Below the pieces are notes generated by a model, which was given only the letters and a program-made list of their open reading frames with translations, was not told where the DNA came from and did not search any database. The translations under genes were made by a program, and so were the position numbers. From the sequence record OZ374907.1: a DNA stretch of 32,000 nucleotides. The stretch is one strand, 5' to 3'. Below are positions 11,501 through 21,017 of this stretch, piece after piece (the stretch's first letter is position 1; every line of letters starts with the position of its first letter).

Positions 11501-14500
11501 CCAAATGAATTAGGAAGTGCATTAAACCAACTAACAAAACGATTTGAAAAACCCCGTGCGCAAGGAGTTGGTTGGAGAAGCCCTGAGGCCTTAAATAAAA
11601 TTTTTAATTTTCAAGAGTCGCAGGAAGGTATTATTTTTGATAACCTTGTTGATTTTTATAGTTCGGAGTTTTTTAACACTACAAATTCATTATTTTCATC
11701 TAAATTAGCTCAATCTAAAAAGACTAAACTCGGAACAGACCGCCTTTTTAACCATAGTACGCAACCTTTTTCAAATAAGTCATATCATTTACGCCGTGCT
11801 CACAAAAAACATGCACGCTTTGTTCTTGATATTGATACATGGTTAACTGGTTCGTCATTTAAATTTCAACCTGGACGTTACCGCTCCTTATCTGTGTCAT
11901 CTGGCTTTTTAGCAGAAACAAAAGTATTTAAAACAAAAGTAGATTCCCGTCTTCATAAAAAATTAAATTCAACTAGATCAGCTTTTTTACCTGAAACAAT
12001 TTGGAATTGGGAAACGCGTTCACGTCAACCGCAGAAATATATTGCTGTAAATGGAAAAGTAAAGAAACTTACACCCGAAATCCAAAAAGAATCAAAAATC
12101 ATTAATGGTGAATATCATGTTGAACCACAATTAGCGTTTCCCTTTATTGATAATTATTTAAACGAAACCAATGAACTTCTTTTTGATAGAGATTTAGCGG
12201 GAGCGCTAACTGCCCACGATATGTATTATCGCTCCTATTTTACGGCTGATACTATTAAGTCTGAAGAATTAACAACTCCATCTAGTGTAGCCGATGATCC
12301 TAGTATCATAGAGTATGCAAAAGTCAAACCATATGTACCTTTTCTACCTGCTTACCCTACAAACGACTACTATTTCTATGAAAAAAATGTCCCTGTTTTA
12401 AAATGGGCAACAAAAATTGATGATGGATATGAACCATTAAAACCAACATTCCGTTATATTCGTCATATTTTATCGCAATTATATAAGTTACCCATTCTTT
12501 CTCGCTTTGGTGATCCCAGTCGTTTTTATTCTGAATCTGCAGGAATTTTTGAACATCCAGAAATTGATGATGAACTTCATTCTTATAGTTTTTCAGAGAT
12601 GTTAGAAGGTTCATACTTTTTAACCGAATCTTTTGAAAGACGAGGGTATACTTGGTATGATGAAGAAGTGTATGAGTGGGAAGACGATAACGAAGAGGAA
12701 ATTTTTGATACCCTTTCATTTTTTAATGCATTGGCCCATGACGTAACATTATTTGATCCATTAGCAAAACGAGTTTTTGAATATGGGTTACGTTATGATA
12801 TGGATCATAGTTCGTTTATTCGTGAAGAAACTCAATTACCTCTTATTAGTCAAACAACTCGTCAGCGTAATAAAGGAATTGATCCAGTTTCTCAGTCTTT
12901 TCCTGAGACTGCAAAAGAACTTTCAAAACTAGGTTTTGAGTCTCCAGAATTAACACCCTTTAGTTTAACTTCTTCTAATCGTTCAAATTTCTACACAAGA
13001 CAACGTGGACGTCGTACGGATGATACTCGTCTTTCACAATCACTTCTAACTTATGAATGGTATAGAAAAGATTTACCTCCTCCTCGCCCTACTAATAGTG
13101 TTGTGAGTTTTATTAAGGGAGTATGTTTTGAACCACTCTTTATTAATTGGCAAAAAGGAGAGGTACGTACGGGTAGATTTGGTCGTGATTATTGGGTAGA
13201 TTGGCCTCTCATTCGTTCAGAAGAACTTGATGATATTGTTTTAGAGCCAGCCGCATGGTCCGATTTCCGTTTTTTTGGGTGTAATTCTGGCGTAACAGCT
13301 TTATTTCGTTTGTTATGTAACCCTATTGCTGTTGAAGCTCATCTCCATCCAACCCTTTTTGTTGCTTGGCTTTCACAATTAGTTTCTTTAGGTGTTTTAT
13401 TAGGGATTTTAATCCTTAGTATTCACTATTTCTTATCTCCTGATATCACCGGTAATGATGAGGAAAGAGGTCGTTTACACCAGAACCACCCATACTTTGG
13501 TTATGATTCAAAATCCTTCCGTAATTTTATTGGTGCTGGTGAATTATTTGAGAAGAATCACCCTACAAATGTAGGTATTCAAGCTATTCGTGCTGAAGAT
13601 AACGATATTACCTTTATGGATGTTGCCGATACAGTTGATATCTATGGTGACGTCTTTATTGATATTATGAGTTACTTTAATGATCAGCTTGACTTTTATG
13701 ATGAAGACCTTCACCGTGATAAAAGTTTCTTTTTCATTGGACGTAAAGGAACGGGTAAGAAAACCGCTGCACAAGCAATTGCTAAAGAAATTAATGGCCC
13801 ACTCTTTACTGTAAGTGCACGCGAATTTACACGTATTCCACATATAAGTGTTATTGAATGCATCCGCTATATTTTTGAATTAGCAGATCTGCAATCACCA
13901 TGTGTAATGTATGTTACAGATTTTGAATATATTGGAATTTCACGTGCTTATACACTTAATAAACGTATTGCAAAAGTGATTAACCCACCTAATGGGCCTG
14001 AACTTGATGGTGGTGTTTCTCGTGATGAACTTTATCAATTTGAGCGAGCGGAAGCAAAACGTGCCCCTACAACAATCCGTTCTGTAAGTGCTGATGTTGC
14101 GCAACAAGAAAAGGTAATTATGACATTATTAATTGAATATGATCTTTTATATAAATATAATTACCCTTTCTTAATGATTGCTTCATCAACTAAACCTAAG
14201 AATTTTGATAACGCATTAATGCGACCCGGTCGATTAGGTCGAATTCTAAGTTTTGGAGTTCTTACGCCGCGTGGCCGTGCTCGTATTATTAGTGCTAACT
14301 GTGGTGGCTTTACTTTCGATACAAATATTGACTGGTATCGTGTAATGGCTGAGACAACCGGGCACTTTGGTCATGAGATTGTGAGTATGTGTCAAAAATC
14401 TGTTAACAGTGTTCAATCACTCAACAATATTGCGCATACGGAAGGGACACTTGAAGTAGCAGGTCTCCTTAAAACAATTGCTTTGTATCAAGAGGTTGGA

Positions 14501-15784
14501 AAGAAATCAGAGGCTGAACAAGTATTAGACTATGAGTTAGATACTACACCCAGCCAAGAAGAAGAAGATCCTAATAAGATCCCTGACGAGTTCTATTATT
14601 TCTTACGAAATTTTGAAAATTCTACTTCACGTCAAAAACGAAATGGAGTAGTAGAGGATACGAATAAATATGCTCTTGAAACAATGCGAAATGCTTATTA
14701 TCAAGCAGCACGTTTCTTTGTATTTAAATGGTTAGATGATCCTGTTGATTTCCGAACAATGCGTTTCTTAGATCGTCAAATTGAAGAAACAATGGACTAT
14801 CTTCGTATTAAAAACACGTTTATGCCATGGGGTGAAACAAAACTTGCAATTGGATTAAATTATTTACTTTATCTTATTTCTGGTTTAGCGGGGGAAATGT
14901 TATTTATGAAAGGACGTTTTCCTATTGGTTTTACCCGCCTTGATCGTGAAACTACTTATCGCAAAAATGATTTAAAAGCTTTTGATAGTTACATTGATGA
15001 ATTCTATTTAAATTTCGATACGTTCCGTGAAAATTTTAAGAAAGATCAATCTTTATATTTTCTTTATGCCGATGTTCCTCATCATAATTCTGGTTCTGGC
15101 TTTAAAAAGTATCAAACAGAAGGATTTCATGAAGTTTCAAAAAGTTTAAAATCTAGTCTCACAAATCACGATCCAGCTATTCCACGAGCTAAATTACCTC
15201 AAAAGGATGATCCAAGCCTTCGCTTTAATATGCGACGTAATCAATTAGCACGACGTTTAAAATTATGGGATAATGCAAATCCATTGCCTGATGCTAATCA
15301 ATACTATGAAGCTTTTTATCGTGGACCTAAAAGTGGTAAAGAGGTAGAAATGTTAGCCGCTTGGCAATTTGTGTTCTACCGTCGCGCTGATTTTTGGCAA
15401 AATTATACAGGATTAGTTCAAACAGCTTATCCTCAAGGACCTAAAGAAATTACTTGGCGACGTGATAATAGAATGCAAGGTTTAGTTGTTGCAACAAGTT
15501 TGTTACAAATGGTAAGACCTCTCGTCGATTTTGTTGCCTATGCCTTAGCTCAAGAAGGGGAAATTTCCCATAGTTTTCTCCGTGGAATTATTGAGCCTGA
15601 GTTTGTTTATGAGTTTAATGTAAAAGAGTCTCGTTTTGAAACAGCTTTAACGCAACAAGTAACAGAATCTGTGCGAATTCAACGAACACCCTACGCCTTT
15701 TCTTTTGTTACTGTACAAAAGGTTGCTCCGTTACACCGTACATACCGTATTCGAAAAGTTCAGAAGATTAAACCTAAAATTTAA
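8591..15784 (+). CDS. ftsH: Giant FtsH-derived AAA protein (algal plastid ftsH / ycf2-like), 2397 aa, catalytic motifs degenerate
   Basis: The C-terminal third aligns by eye with FtsH. The AAA module is FFFIGRKGTGKKTAAQAIAKE...CVMYVTDFEY...FLMIASSTKPKNFDNALMRPGRLGR. An M41-peptidase-like region follows (AYYQAARFFV in place of AYHEAGHA; GLAGEMLFMKG resembles LGGRAAEE.IFG). A hydrophobic segment (LFVAWLSQLVSLGVLLGILILSIHYFL) sits just before the AAA module, as in FtsH. The N-terminal ~1600 aa has no recognisable domain. Confidence 0.8.
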   Translation: MTAYLSLNDPRFFKQYYFSTGKPFESEHLFLLYRYPEFTSHYFDILVGLCVTHNFVNFLELDEKANSDSLNPIVWEKIENFYRDIETSDLTKRSKYPFFSEEEIREIDQAVSEAGIARDQTVRQLFKDFDRESSLLALSNLQVLIFFYCARPAYQAQEPLIRHGLQLRDTQTSEKEQKKHESGLSALTDEQQESYQVLQAEQDAKLSESEKGFTTIANPLDIAPILPVVPVELLKMISFLAFVGWWATTDNATKNPFAKSARQPLTFNSVITDKSVSWDINEQLFVSQAKISDYASPRRSFVTAQNDGLAPSFFDVDFPDFEEKLIKDASPNLLNTYEGKLHKTGAEALEQTLRAKVKKIQDQFNYLRTFKCTDLEEKTNLDERLVNLENKQQLTSLDQNTLNNIYFSCLEQVLNSEELIYATLPEVIKLETLTPQAELDFSLNNNFLIKVGSTYYEVSPEIIRAVYGQFLQQYQEHLASCFNKSDLNPSIWSSSEDLYSVFAYRHADKATFGKTSRVEGRFKRKKCYKKHRFNIQTLYTLVSNLYTNTKYSAVLSIKDTTKEKAKNRRLAKTKLQQLSALLLSSQYQLIPDQLFNLTSDQDPMDLTVRNFYLDTDENDENLKPEVRYNPKTLRVELKRFRRLTKWKRNRVRVFKTLLKGTKDYKQQFSTYALDLGYKYDFDSKYFSWLKEKKKLNLNDPILMQKQLEKYQKRSSTRFQQIHGTKVFLSRTSWTPLRRLWLRSNKKASHFPIPISRLAEPFAASNLLSLSSKIPFGIIRETDLQKPFKKLSYRQEQKVAKQLKEFEAFMLLFESTLNNTLDFINERDKFNKLQAYEKAIRNTQPKYKKYKGLGKSPMIYTRKYHPNTFPSYLGYLRKDKGLYHNPHWYSRSCFQLIMDYLQYINDFSLGQNSNENLEELLLHSIFSTRVGLDSRTVWNLDSSYNFSSFDKGNNPSSYLAPNQNTYNLNLNPNELGSALNQLTKRFEKPRAQGVGWRSPEALNKIFNFQESQEGIIFDNLVDFYSSEFFNTTNSLFSSKLAQSKKTKLGTDRLFNHSTQPFSNKSYHLRRAHKKHARFVLDIDTWLTGSSFKFQPGRYRSLSVSSGFLAETKVFKTKVDSRLHKKLNSTRSAFLPETIWNWETRSRQPQKYIAVNGKVKKLTPEIQKESKIINGEYHVEPQLAFPFIDNYLNETNELLFDRDLAGALTAHDMYYRSYFTADTIKSEELTTPSSVADDPSIIEYAKVKPYVPFLPAYPTNDYYFYEKNVPVLKWATKIDDGYEPLKPTFRYIRHILSQLYKLPILSRFGDPSRFYSESAGIFEHPEIDDELHSYSFSEMLEGSYFLTESFERRGYTWYDEEVYEWEDDNEEEIFDTLSFFNALAHDVTLFDPLAKRVFEYGLRYDMDHSSFIREETQLPLISQTTRQRNKGIDPVSQSFPETAKELSKLGFESPELTPFSLTSSNRSNFYTRQRGRRTDDTRLSQSLLTYEWYRKDLPPPRPTNSVVSFIKGVCFEPLFINWQKGEVRTGRFGRDYWVDWPLIRSEELDDIVLEPAAWSDFRFFGCNSGVTALFRLLCNPIAVEAHLHPTLFVAWLSQLVSLGVLLGILILSIHYFLSPDITGNDEERGRLHQNHPYFGYDSKSFRNFIGAGELFEKNHPTNVGIQAIRAEDNDITFMDVADTVDIYGDVFIDIMSYFNDQLDFYDEDLHRDKSFFFIGRKGTGKKTAAQAIAKEINGPLFTVSAREFTRIPHISVIECIRYIFELADLQSPCVMYVTDFEYIGISRAYTLNKRIAKVINPPNGPELDGGVSRDELYQFERAEAKRAPTTIRSVSADVAQQEKVIMTLLIEYDLLYKYNYPFLMIASSTKPKNFDNALMRPGRLGRILSFGVLTPRGRARIISANCGGFTFDTNIDWYRVMAETTGHFGHEIVSMCQKSVNSVQSLNNIAHTEGTLEVAGLLKTIALYQEVGKKSEAEQVLDYELDTTPSQEEEDPNKIPDEFYYFLRNFENSTSRQKRNGVVEDTNKYALETMRNAYYQAARFFVFKWLDDPVDFRTMRFLDRQIEETMDYLRIKNTFMPWGETKLAIGLNYLLYLISGLAGEMLFMKGRFPIGFTRLDRETTYRKNDLKAFDSYIDEFYLNFDTFRENFKKDQSLYFLYADVPHHNSGSGFKKYQTEGFHEVSKSLKSSLTNHDPAIPRAKLPQKDDPSLRFNMRRNQLARRLKLWDNANPLPDANQYYEAFYRGPKSGKEVEMLAAWQFVFYRRADFWQNYTGLVQTAYPQGPKEITWRRDNRMQGLVVATSLLQMVRPLVDFVAYALAQEGEISHSFLRGIIEPEFVYEFNVKESRFETALTQQVTESVRIQRTPYAFSFVTVQKVAPLHRTYRIRKVQKIKPKI

Positions 15785-15791
15785 AATTAAG

Positions 15792-15813
15792 TGGCCTCAA
15801 ACTTTTGAGGCCA
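15792..15813 (+). terminator. 3' inverted repeat after ftsH-like ORF (tggcctca..tgaggcca)
   Basis: tggcctcaaa-ct-tttgaggcca lies 8 nt after the stop codon. The effective stem is about 8 bp. Confidence 0.55.
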
Positions 15814-16004
15814 TTTTTATACTTTAAAGAAAATAGTCATCTATTTGTTTAAACATAGGTCCCATTTTTCTAAAGGTATTGTCTATCTTTGCCTTTGCAA
15901 TAACTTATGATTTATTAGCATAAAACTTTTTATAACGTTCATTATTTATTATTAAAACTAGCTTTAATAAAATAGTAAATGGCAGTATTTTATTATTCAA
16001 AATT

Positions 16005-16078
16005 TCGGGGTAGGGGGATTCGAACCCACGACCTCTGCCTCCCAAAGGCATTGCTCTACCAAGCTGAGCTATACCCCG
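16005..16078 (-). tRNA. trnP(UGG): tRNA-Pro (anticodon UGG)
   Basis: Reverse complement is CGGGGTATAGCTCAGCTTGGTAGAGC.. with anticodon loop TTTGGGA (UGG, G37). T-loop is TTCGAAT and the acceptor pairs CGGGGTA with TACCCCG. Confidence 0.9.
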
Positions 16079-16329
16079 TTTTTTTTTGATTTCACGTTAT
16101 TAAGTCCGATATTAGTTGAATTTCATCTTTTTGTCAAACAAAAAAAGATTAATATAGGATTTATTCTTCTTTAAAAATATAAGCTTTTCAAAGAAACTAC
16201 TATTAGCCTCAATAGTAGAGTATTGGAAATTTTTGGAGAATAAAACACGCTATCATTTTTGAGCGGTTTTCATAAAACAATTATAACTCCAATTAAAGTA
16301 TAAACTTTTTAATATTAAAAAGGAACAAC

Positions 16330-16620
16330 ATGGGACAACAAGCAACCGTTGAAGGAATTAAAGGAGTTGTTGTTACTTTAAAAACTTGTAAATTAGTCGA
16401 GCAAAACCGCTGGACTCTTGATGTAGATCCCCAATTAAATAAGACACAAATTCGTCAATTAGTTGAATCTACGTTTGGTGTACAAGTTCTTTCTGTTAAT
16501 ACACACATTCCTCCCCGTCGTCGTCGTGCGTTTACACGTGGAGGTGGTTATATTCCACGTTATAAACGCGCAATTGTAACACTTCGAAAGGGTGATACGT
16601 TAGTTTCTGATTCCGAATAA
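16330..16620 (+). CDS. rpl23: Ribosomal protein L23
   Basis: LNKTQIRQLVESTFGVQVLSVNT....YKRAIVTLRKGD matches the uL23 core. It is the first gene of the plastid S10-like cluster. Confidence 0.9.
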   Translation: MGQQATVEGIKGVVVTLKTCKLVEQNRWTLDVDPQLNKTQIRQLVESTFGVQVLSVNTHIPPRRRRAFTRGGGYIPRYKRAIVTLRKGDTLVSDSE

Positions 16621-16662
16621 ATTTATTTTTTCTAAATCAGGATTTTACTGAATTTTCTCGTT

Positions 16663-17493
16663 ATGGCCATTCGATTTTTTAATCCTTACACACCTGGAAA
16701 CCGAAACCGATCTGGTTCCGATTTTTCAGAACTTACTCGTAAAGCACCTGAAAAACATTTAGTTAAAGGTCAAAAACGCAGCCATGGTCGAAACAATCGT
16801 GGAGTAATTACGTGCCGTCATAAAGGAGGCGGTCATAAGCGTCTTTATCGCCAGATTGACTTCCGTCGTGGTCTTGTAGATATTGCTGCTAAGGTAGAGG
16901 CCGTTGAATACGACCCTAACCGTACAGCAAATTTAGCATTGCTCCATTATGAAGATGGAACAAAAAGCTATATTTTACATCCCCGTGGCGTTGAAATCGG
17001 AGATACTCTTATCTCTTGTTTACGCCCACCTATTAAATCTGGTAATGCATTACCACTTGCTAGTGCTCCTCTAGGTACATTAGTTCATTCTATTGAATTA
17101 TTCCCTGGACGCGGTGCACAAGTAGCACGATCTGCTGGTTCTGCAGCACAAATTGTTGCTAAAGAAGGAGCAACTGTAACTTTACGTTTACCTTCTGGTG
17201 AAGTTCGTTTATTCTCTCGTTACTGCTGGTCTACTATTGGTCAGGTTGGTAATGAAGAACGTGCGAATATTCGTCTTGGAAAAGCAGGTCGTCGTCGCTG
17301 GCTTGGAATTCGCCCTCGTGTTCGTGGTGTTGTAATGAACCCATGCGATCACCCTCATGGTGGTGGTGAAGGTCGTGCTCCTATTGGTCGAAGCCGCCCT
17401 GTAACTCCCTGGGGTCAACCCGCCCTTGGAAAACGTACACGTTCCACACGTAAATATAGTGAGAAATTAATTCTTCGTCGTCGTGGATCTTAA
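16663..17493 (+). CDS. rpl2: Ribosomal protein L2 (no intron)
   Basis: Contains [22 protein letters not shown] and [19 protein letters not shown], canonical uL2 motifs, in a contiguous ORF. Confidence 0.97.
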   Translation: MAIRFFNPYTPGNRNRSGSDFSELTRKAPEKHLVKGQKRSHGRNNRGVITCRHKGGGHKRLYRQIDFRRGLVDIAAKVEAVEYDPNRTANLALLHYEDGTKSYILHPRGVEIGDTLISCLRPPIKSGNALPLASAPLGTLVHSIELFPGRGAQVARSAGSAAQIVAKEGATVTLRLPSGEVRLFSRYCWSTIGQVGNEERANIRLGKAGRRRWLGIRPRVRGVVMNPCDHPHGGGEGRAPIGRSRPVTPWGQPALGKRTRSTRKYSEKLILRRRGS

Positions 17494-17523
17494 TATTTTA
17501 TGAAGCAAAAGTAGTTTATTTCT

Positions 17524-17802
17524 ATGCCTCGATCTTTATCAAAAGGACCTTTTGTTTCTTTTAAACTTCTTCGAACTTTGGAGAATTTAAATACAGAAGG
17601 TAAAAAGCAAGTTATTCGTACTTGGTCTCGCTCTTCAACTATTGTTCCTATTATGATTGGCCATACTGTTGCTGTACATAATGGTCGTACTCACGTGCCT
17701 GTTTTCATTACAGATCAAATGGTTGGTCATAAACTTGGTGAATTTGCCCCAACACGCACATTCCGAAGTCACATGAAAAAGGACAAAAAAGCAAAACGTT
17801 AA
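17524..17802 (+). CDS. rps19: Ribosomal protein S19
   Basis: [11 protein letters not shown]....[36 protein letters not shown] is the uS19 signature. Confidence 0.97.
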   Translation: MPRSLSKGPFVSFKLLRTLENLNTEGKKQVIRTWSRSSTIVPIMIGHTVAVHNGRTHVPVFITDQMVGHKLGEFAPTRTFRSHMKKDKKAKR

Positions 17803-17826
17803 ATATTACTATAAAAGAAAACGTCT

Positions 17827-18681
17827 ATGGGACAAAAAGTTAATCCATTCGGTTTTCGTCTTGGATATTCCCAGCAACACCGTTCTGACTGGTTTGCATC
17901 TTCTCAGGATTATGCAAAAAAACTTCAAGAAGATTTACTTGTTCGTAACTTTTTAACACGTGAATTTCCTGATACAGAAAGTGGTATTTCTGCGGTTTAT
18001 ACAAAACGTAAAGGTCAACTATTATCTCTTGAAATTCATACTGCACGCCCTCGTGTTCTTCTTGGCTCTGGCCAAGAAACGCAGGAAGCTGAAAACCGCA
18101 CATCCGGTCTTGTTCAAGTTCGTCGTGATTTAGAAAAACTTCTTCCTAATCAAATCCCTTTAAGTTTACGTTTGGTAGAAGAAACACAACCTGATTCTAG
18201 TACATCACTTTTAGCTGCTTCTTTAGCACACCAACTTGAAAAACGAGTAGCTTTCCGTCGTGCTTTAAAGCAAACTATTAAACGAGCACAAAGTGCACGT
18301 GGGGTCCTTGGGATCAAAGTTCAAGTTTCTGGTCGTTTAAATGGTGCTGAAATTGCTCGTAGTGAATGGGTACGTGAAGGTCGTGTTCCTTTACATACTT
18401 TACGAGCAGAAGTAGATTATGCAAGTCATACAGCAAAAACGCTCTATGGTATTTTAGGTATTAAAATTTGGCTTTATAAAGAAAGTCAAGGTTTTTATCA
18501 AAAAACTCGATTAACAAAGCGTCGTCAAACAGATGAGGTTGACGGTTTTGAATTACCAGTTGAGAGTACTATTCAAATGGAGAATAATGAAGAAAAGAAC
18601 TTTACTATTCCTGTTTTATTACCTCGTCCTACACCCCCTAACCGTGTAGAAAATATTAGTTCTACAGAAACTAATGTTTAA
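17827..18681 (+). CDS. rps3: Ribosomal protein S3 (with internal insertion and C-terminal extension)
   Basis: Contains MGQKVNPFGFRLG and VQVSGRLNGAEIARSEWVREGRVPLHTLRAEVDYA. At 284 aa it is longer than the usual ~215-235 aa, owing to an insert and an acidic or polar tail. Confidence 0.95.
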   Translation: MGQKVNPFGFRLGYSQQHRSDWFASSQDYAKKLQEDLLVRNFLTREFPDTESGISAVYTKRKGQLLSLEIHTARPRVLLGSGQETQEAENRTSGLVQVRRDLEKLLPNQIPLSLRLVEETQPDSSTSLLAASLAHQLEKRVAFRRALKQTIKRAQSARGVLGIKVQVSGRLNGAEIARSEWVREGRVPLHTLRAEVDYASHTAKTLYGILGIKIWLYKESQGFYQKTRLTKRRQTDEVDGFELPVESTIQMENNEEKNFTIPVLLPRPTPPNRVENISSTETNV

Positions 18682-18704
18682 TTATTAATTAAATTACTCA
18701 GTTT

Positions 18705-19124
18705 ATGTTAAGTCCTAAACGTACAAAATTTCGACGATACCATCGTGGGCGAATGCGTGGGCGTACATTACGTGGAAATGAACCTATCTTCGGTAATTAT
18801 GCCCTTCGTGCAACAGAATGCTCTTGGGTAACATCACGCCAATTAGAAGCTGGTCGACGTACTATTACACGTTATGTACGACGTGGAGGTAAACTTTGGA
18901 TTCGTGTTTTTCCAGATAAACCTATTACAATGCGACCTGCTGAAACACGTATGGGTTCTGGTAAAGGTGCTCCTGAATATTGGGTTGCCGTTGTTCGACC
19001 TGGTCGAATTATTTATGAAATTGATGGTGTACCTGAAAGTATTGCGCGTGCCGCAATGCGCCTTGCAGCGTATAAAATGCCAATGAAAACTCAATTTGTG
19101 AGTCGGACTACGTCCGCAGCATAA
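18705..19124 (+). CDS. rpl16: Ribosomal protein L16 (no intron)
   Basis: [19 protein letters not shown]...[34 protein letters not shown] is the uL16 signature. Confidence 0.97.
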   Translation: MLSPKRTKFRRYHRGRMRGRTLRGNEPIFGNYALRATECSWVTSRQLEAGRRTITRYVRRGGKLWIRVFPDKPITMRPAETRMGSGKGAPEYWVAVVRPGRIIYEIDGVPESIARAAMRLAAYKMPMKTQFVSRTTSAA

Positions 19125-19156
19125 GAGGATATTTCTTCTAATAAAAAATAAGGACT

Positions 19157-19525
19157 ATGATTCAGGCTCAAACATATTTAACAGTTGCTGATAATAGTGG
19201 TGCACGAAAACTAATGTGTATTCGAGTTTTAGGTACCAATCGCCCCCATTATGCTGGTGTTGGAGATATTATTATTGCAGTAGTAAAAGAGGCTCTTCCT
19301 AATATGCCTCTTAAAAAATCTGATATTGTACGTGCAGTTGTTGTACGTACGAAAAAACCTATTCAACGTGAAGATGGTATGACTCTTCGCTTTGATGAGA
19401 ATGCAGCGGTTGTACTTAATGCAGCTGATTCGCCTCGCGGTACACGTGTTTTTGGACCTATTGCACGTGAACTCCGCGATAAGAATTTTGGAAAAATTGT
19501 TTCTCTTGCTCCCGAAGTAATTTAA
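19157..19525 (+). CDS. rpl14: Ribosomal protein L14
   Basis: [26 protein letters not shown] is the uL14 N-terminus. Length is 122 aa. Confidence 0.97.
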   Translation: MIQAQTYLTVADNSGARKLMCIRVLGTNRPHYAGVGDIIIAVVKEALPNMPLKKSDIVRAVVVRTKKPIQREDGMTLRFDENAAVVLNAADSPRGTRVFGPIARELRDKNFGKIVSLAPEVI

Positions 19526-19568
19526 AACATTTTTTTGTTTTCTTAAGTTTGTTATAAAAAAATTTCTG

Positions 19569-20114
19569 ATGACACAACGTTTAAAGAAACAATATCTTGA
19601 ATCAATCCGTCCAGCTTTGATAAAAGAATTCAACTATAAAAATATCCACCAAGTACCTAAATTAACAAAGGTTGTATTAAATCGTGGAATGGGTGAAGCT
19701 ACGCAAAACCCTCGTTCTATGGATACTTCATTACATGAAGTATCCGTAATTGCTGGACAAAAAGGTGTTGTTACTAAATCCCGTCAATCTATTGCTAGTT
19801 TCAAACTACGTGATGAAATGCCTATTGGAATTTCTGTAACATTACGTGGTGAACGAATGTATAGTTTTTTAGATCGTCTGATTAATTTAGCTTTACCTCG
19901 TATTCGTGATTTCCAAGGAATTAATCCTACAAGTTTTGATGGACGTGGAAATTATACACTTGGTCTTGAAGAACAATTAATGTTCCCTGAAATTGAATAT
20001 GACAAAATTGATCGTATTCGTGGAATGGATATTTCAATTGTTACTAGTACTTCAACAGATCAAGAGGGGCTCGCTTTATTAAAAGCTTTTGGAATGCCTT
20101 TTAAAAACCAATAA
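19569..20114 (+). CDS. rpl5: Ribosomal protein L5
   Basis: [41 protein letters not shown] and [21 protein letters not shown] are uL5 blocks. Confidence 0.96.
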   Translation: MTQRLKKQYLESIRPALIKEFNYKNIHQVPKLTKVVLNRGMGEATQNPRSMDTSLHEVSVIAGQKGVVTKSRQSIASFKLRDEMPIGISVTLRGERMYSFLDRLINLALPRIRDFQGINPTSFDGRGNYTLGLEEQLMFPEIEYDKIDRIRGMDISIVTSTSTDQEGLALLKAFGMPFKNQ

Positions 20115-20137
20115 AAAATATTTAGATTAAATTTTTT

Positions 20138-20575
20138 ATGCAAAATGATAGTTTAGCAGATGCTTTAACGCGTATCCGTAACGCAATCGCTGCTGGGCAT
20201 ACTCAAACGAAATTGCGATTTAGTAAAAAGATTTATAATCTTACTCAAGTATTAGTTACAGAAAAACTTGTAACTTCAACACAAGAAATGTGGGAAGACG
20301 GCCAACATTTTATTCTTGTTGATTTACTTGATTTAAATGGAAACGCGCGTATTCAACACTTGGAAGTGGTAAGCCGTCCAGGTCGTCGTGTATACGTTAA
20401 CAAAAAGAGTATCCCCCGTGTTCTTGGAGGTGTAGGAATTGCTATTATTTCTACCCCTAAAGGAATTTTATCTAGTCGTGTTCTTCAAAAAGGGATTTCT
20501 ACCAATCAAACTAATGAAAACCCTTCTACAGGAGTACAGCGAATGGGAGGTGAATTGCTTTGTTACGTTTGGTAA
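20138..20575 (+). CDS. rps8: Ribosomal protein S8
   Basis: DSLADALTRIRNA at the N-terminus and GGELLCYVW at the C-terminus are the uS8 signature. There is a small internal expansion. Confidence 0.94.
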   Translation: MQNDSLADALTRIRNAIAAGHTQTKLRFSKKIYNLTQVLVTEKLVTSTQEMWEDGQHFILVDLLDLNGNARIQHLEVVSRPGRRVYVNKKSIPRVLGGVGIAIISTPKGILSSRVLQKGISTNQTNENPSTGVQRMGGELLCYVW

Positions 20576-20608
20576 TTCCTTATTATAACGTAATCTCCCA
20601 ACGATCGT

Positions 20609-20875
20609 TTGGTATTTATGGTAGTAAATAAAAAGGAGAAAGAAGATGCAATTGAGGTAGAAGGTGTAGTCGTGAACTGTTTACCCGATCTGAGATTTGA
20701 AGTAGAACTAGAAAATGGTTTTTCTGTTCTTGCATATGTCTCAGGCCGAACACGCCGAAACCATATTAAAATTTTATTAGGTGACAAAGTTGTTGTTGCA
20801 CTGAGTCCCTATGATTTAACTCGAGGACGTATTACTTACCGTCATCGCTCTTCACCTCGTGTTAAAGTGCAATAA
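20609..20875 (+). CDS. infA: Translation initiation factor IF-1
   Basis: The S1-like fold sequence [66 protein letters not shown] is present. The start may be the second Met (20618). Confidence 0.93.
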   Translation: MVFMVVNKKEKEDAIEVEGVVVNCLPDLRFEVELENGFSVLAYVSGRTRRNHIKILLGDKVVVALSPYDLTRGRITYRHRSSPRVKVQ

Positions 20876-20885
20876 AAAAGATATT

Positions 20886-20999
20886 ATGAAAGTAAGAAGT
20901 TCTGTAAAAAAAATGTGTGAACAATGTCGTGTGATCCGTCGACGTGGTAAGGTTTTAATTATTTGTTCAAACCCTAAGCACAAGCAACGACAAGGTTAA
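20886..20999 (+). CDS. rpl36: Ribosomal protein L36 (37 aa; below ORF-track cut-off)
   Basis: Hand translation gives [37 protein letters not shown] then stop. This is the canonical bL36 CxxC...CxxxH zinc ribbon, in the expected position between infA and rps11. Confidence 0.94.
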   Translation: MKVRSSVKKMCEQCRVIRRRGKVLIICSNPKHKQRQG

Positions 21000-21017
21000 A
21001 AACTTAAAAACTAAATT

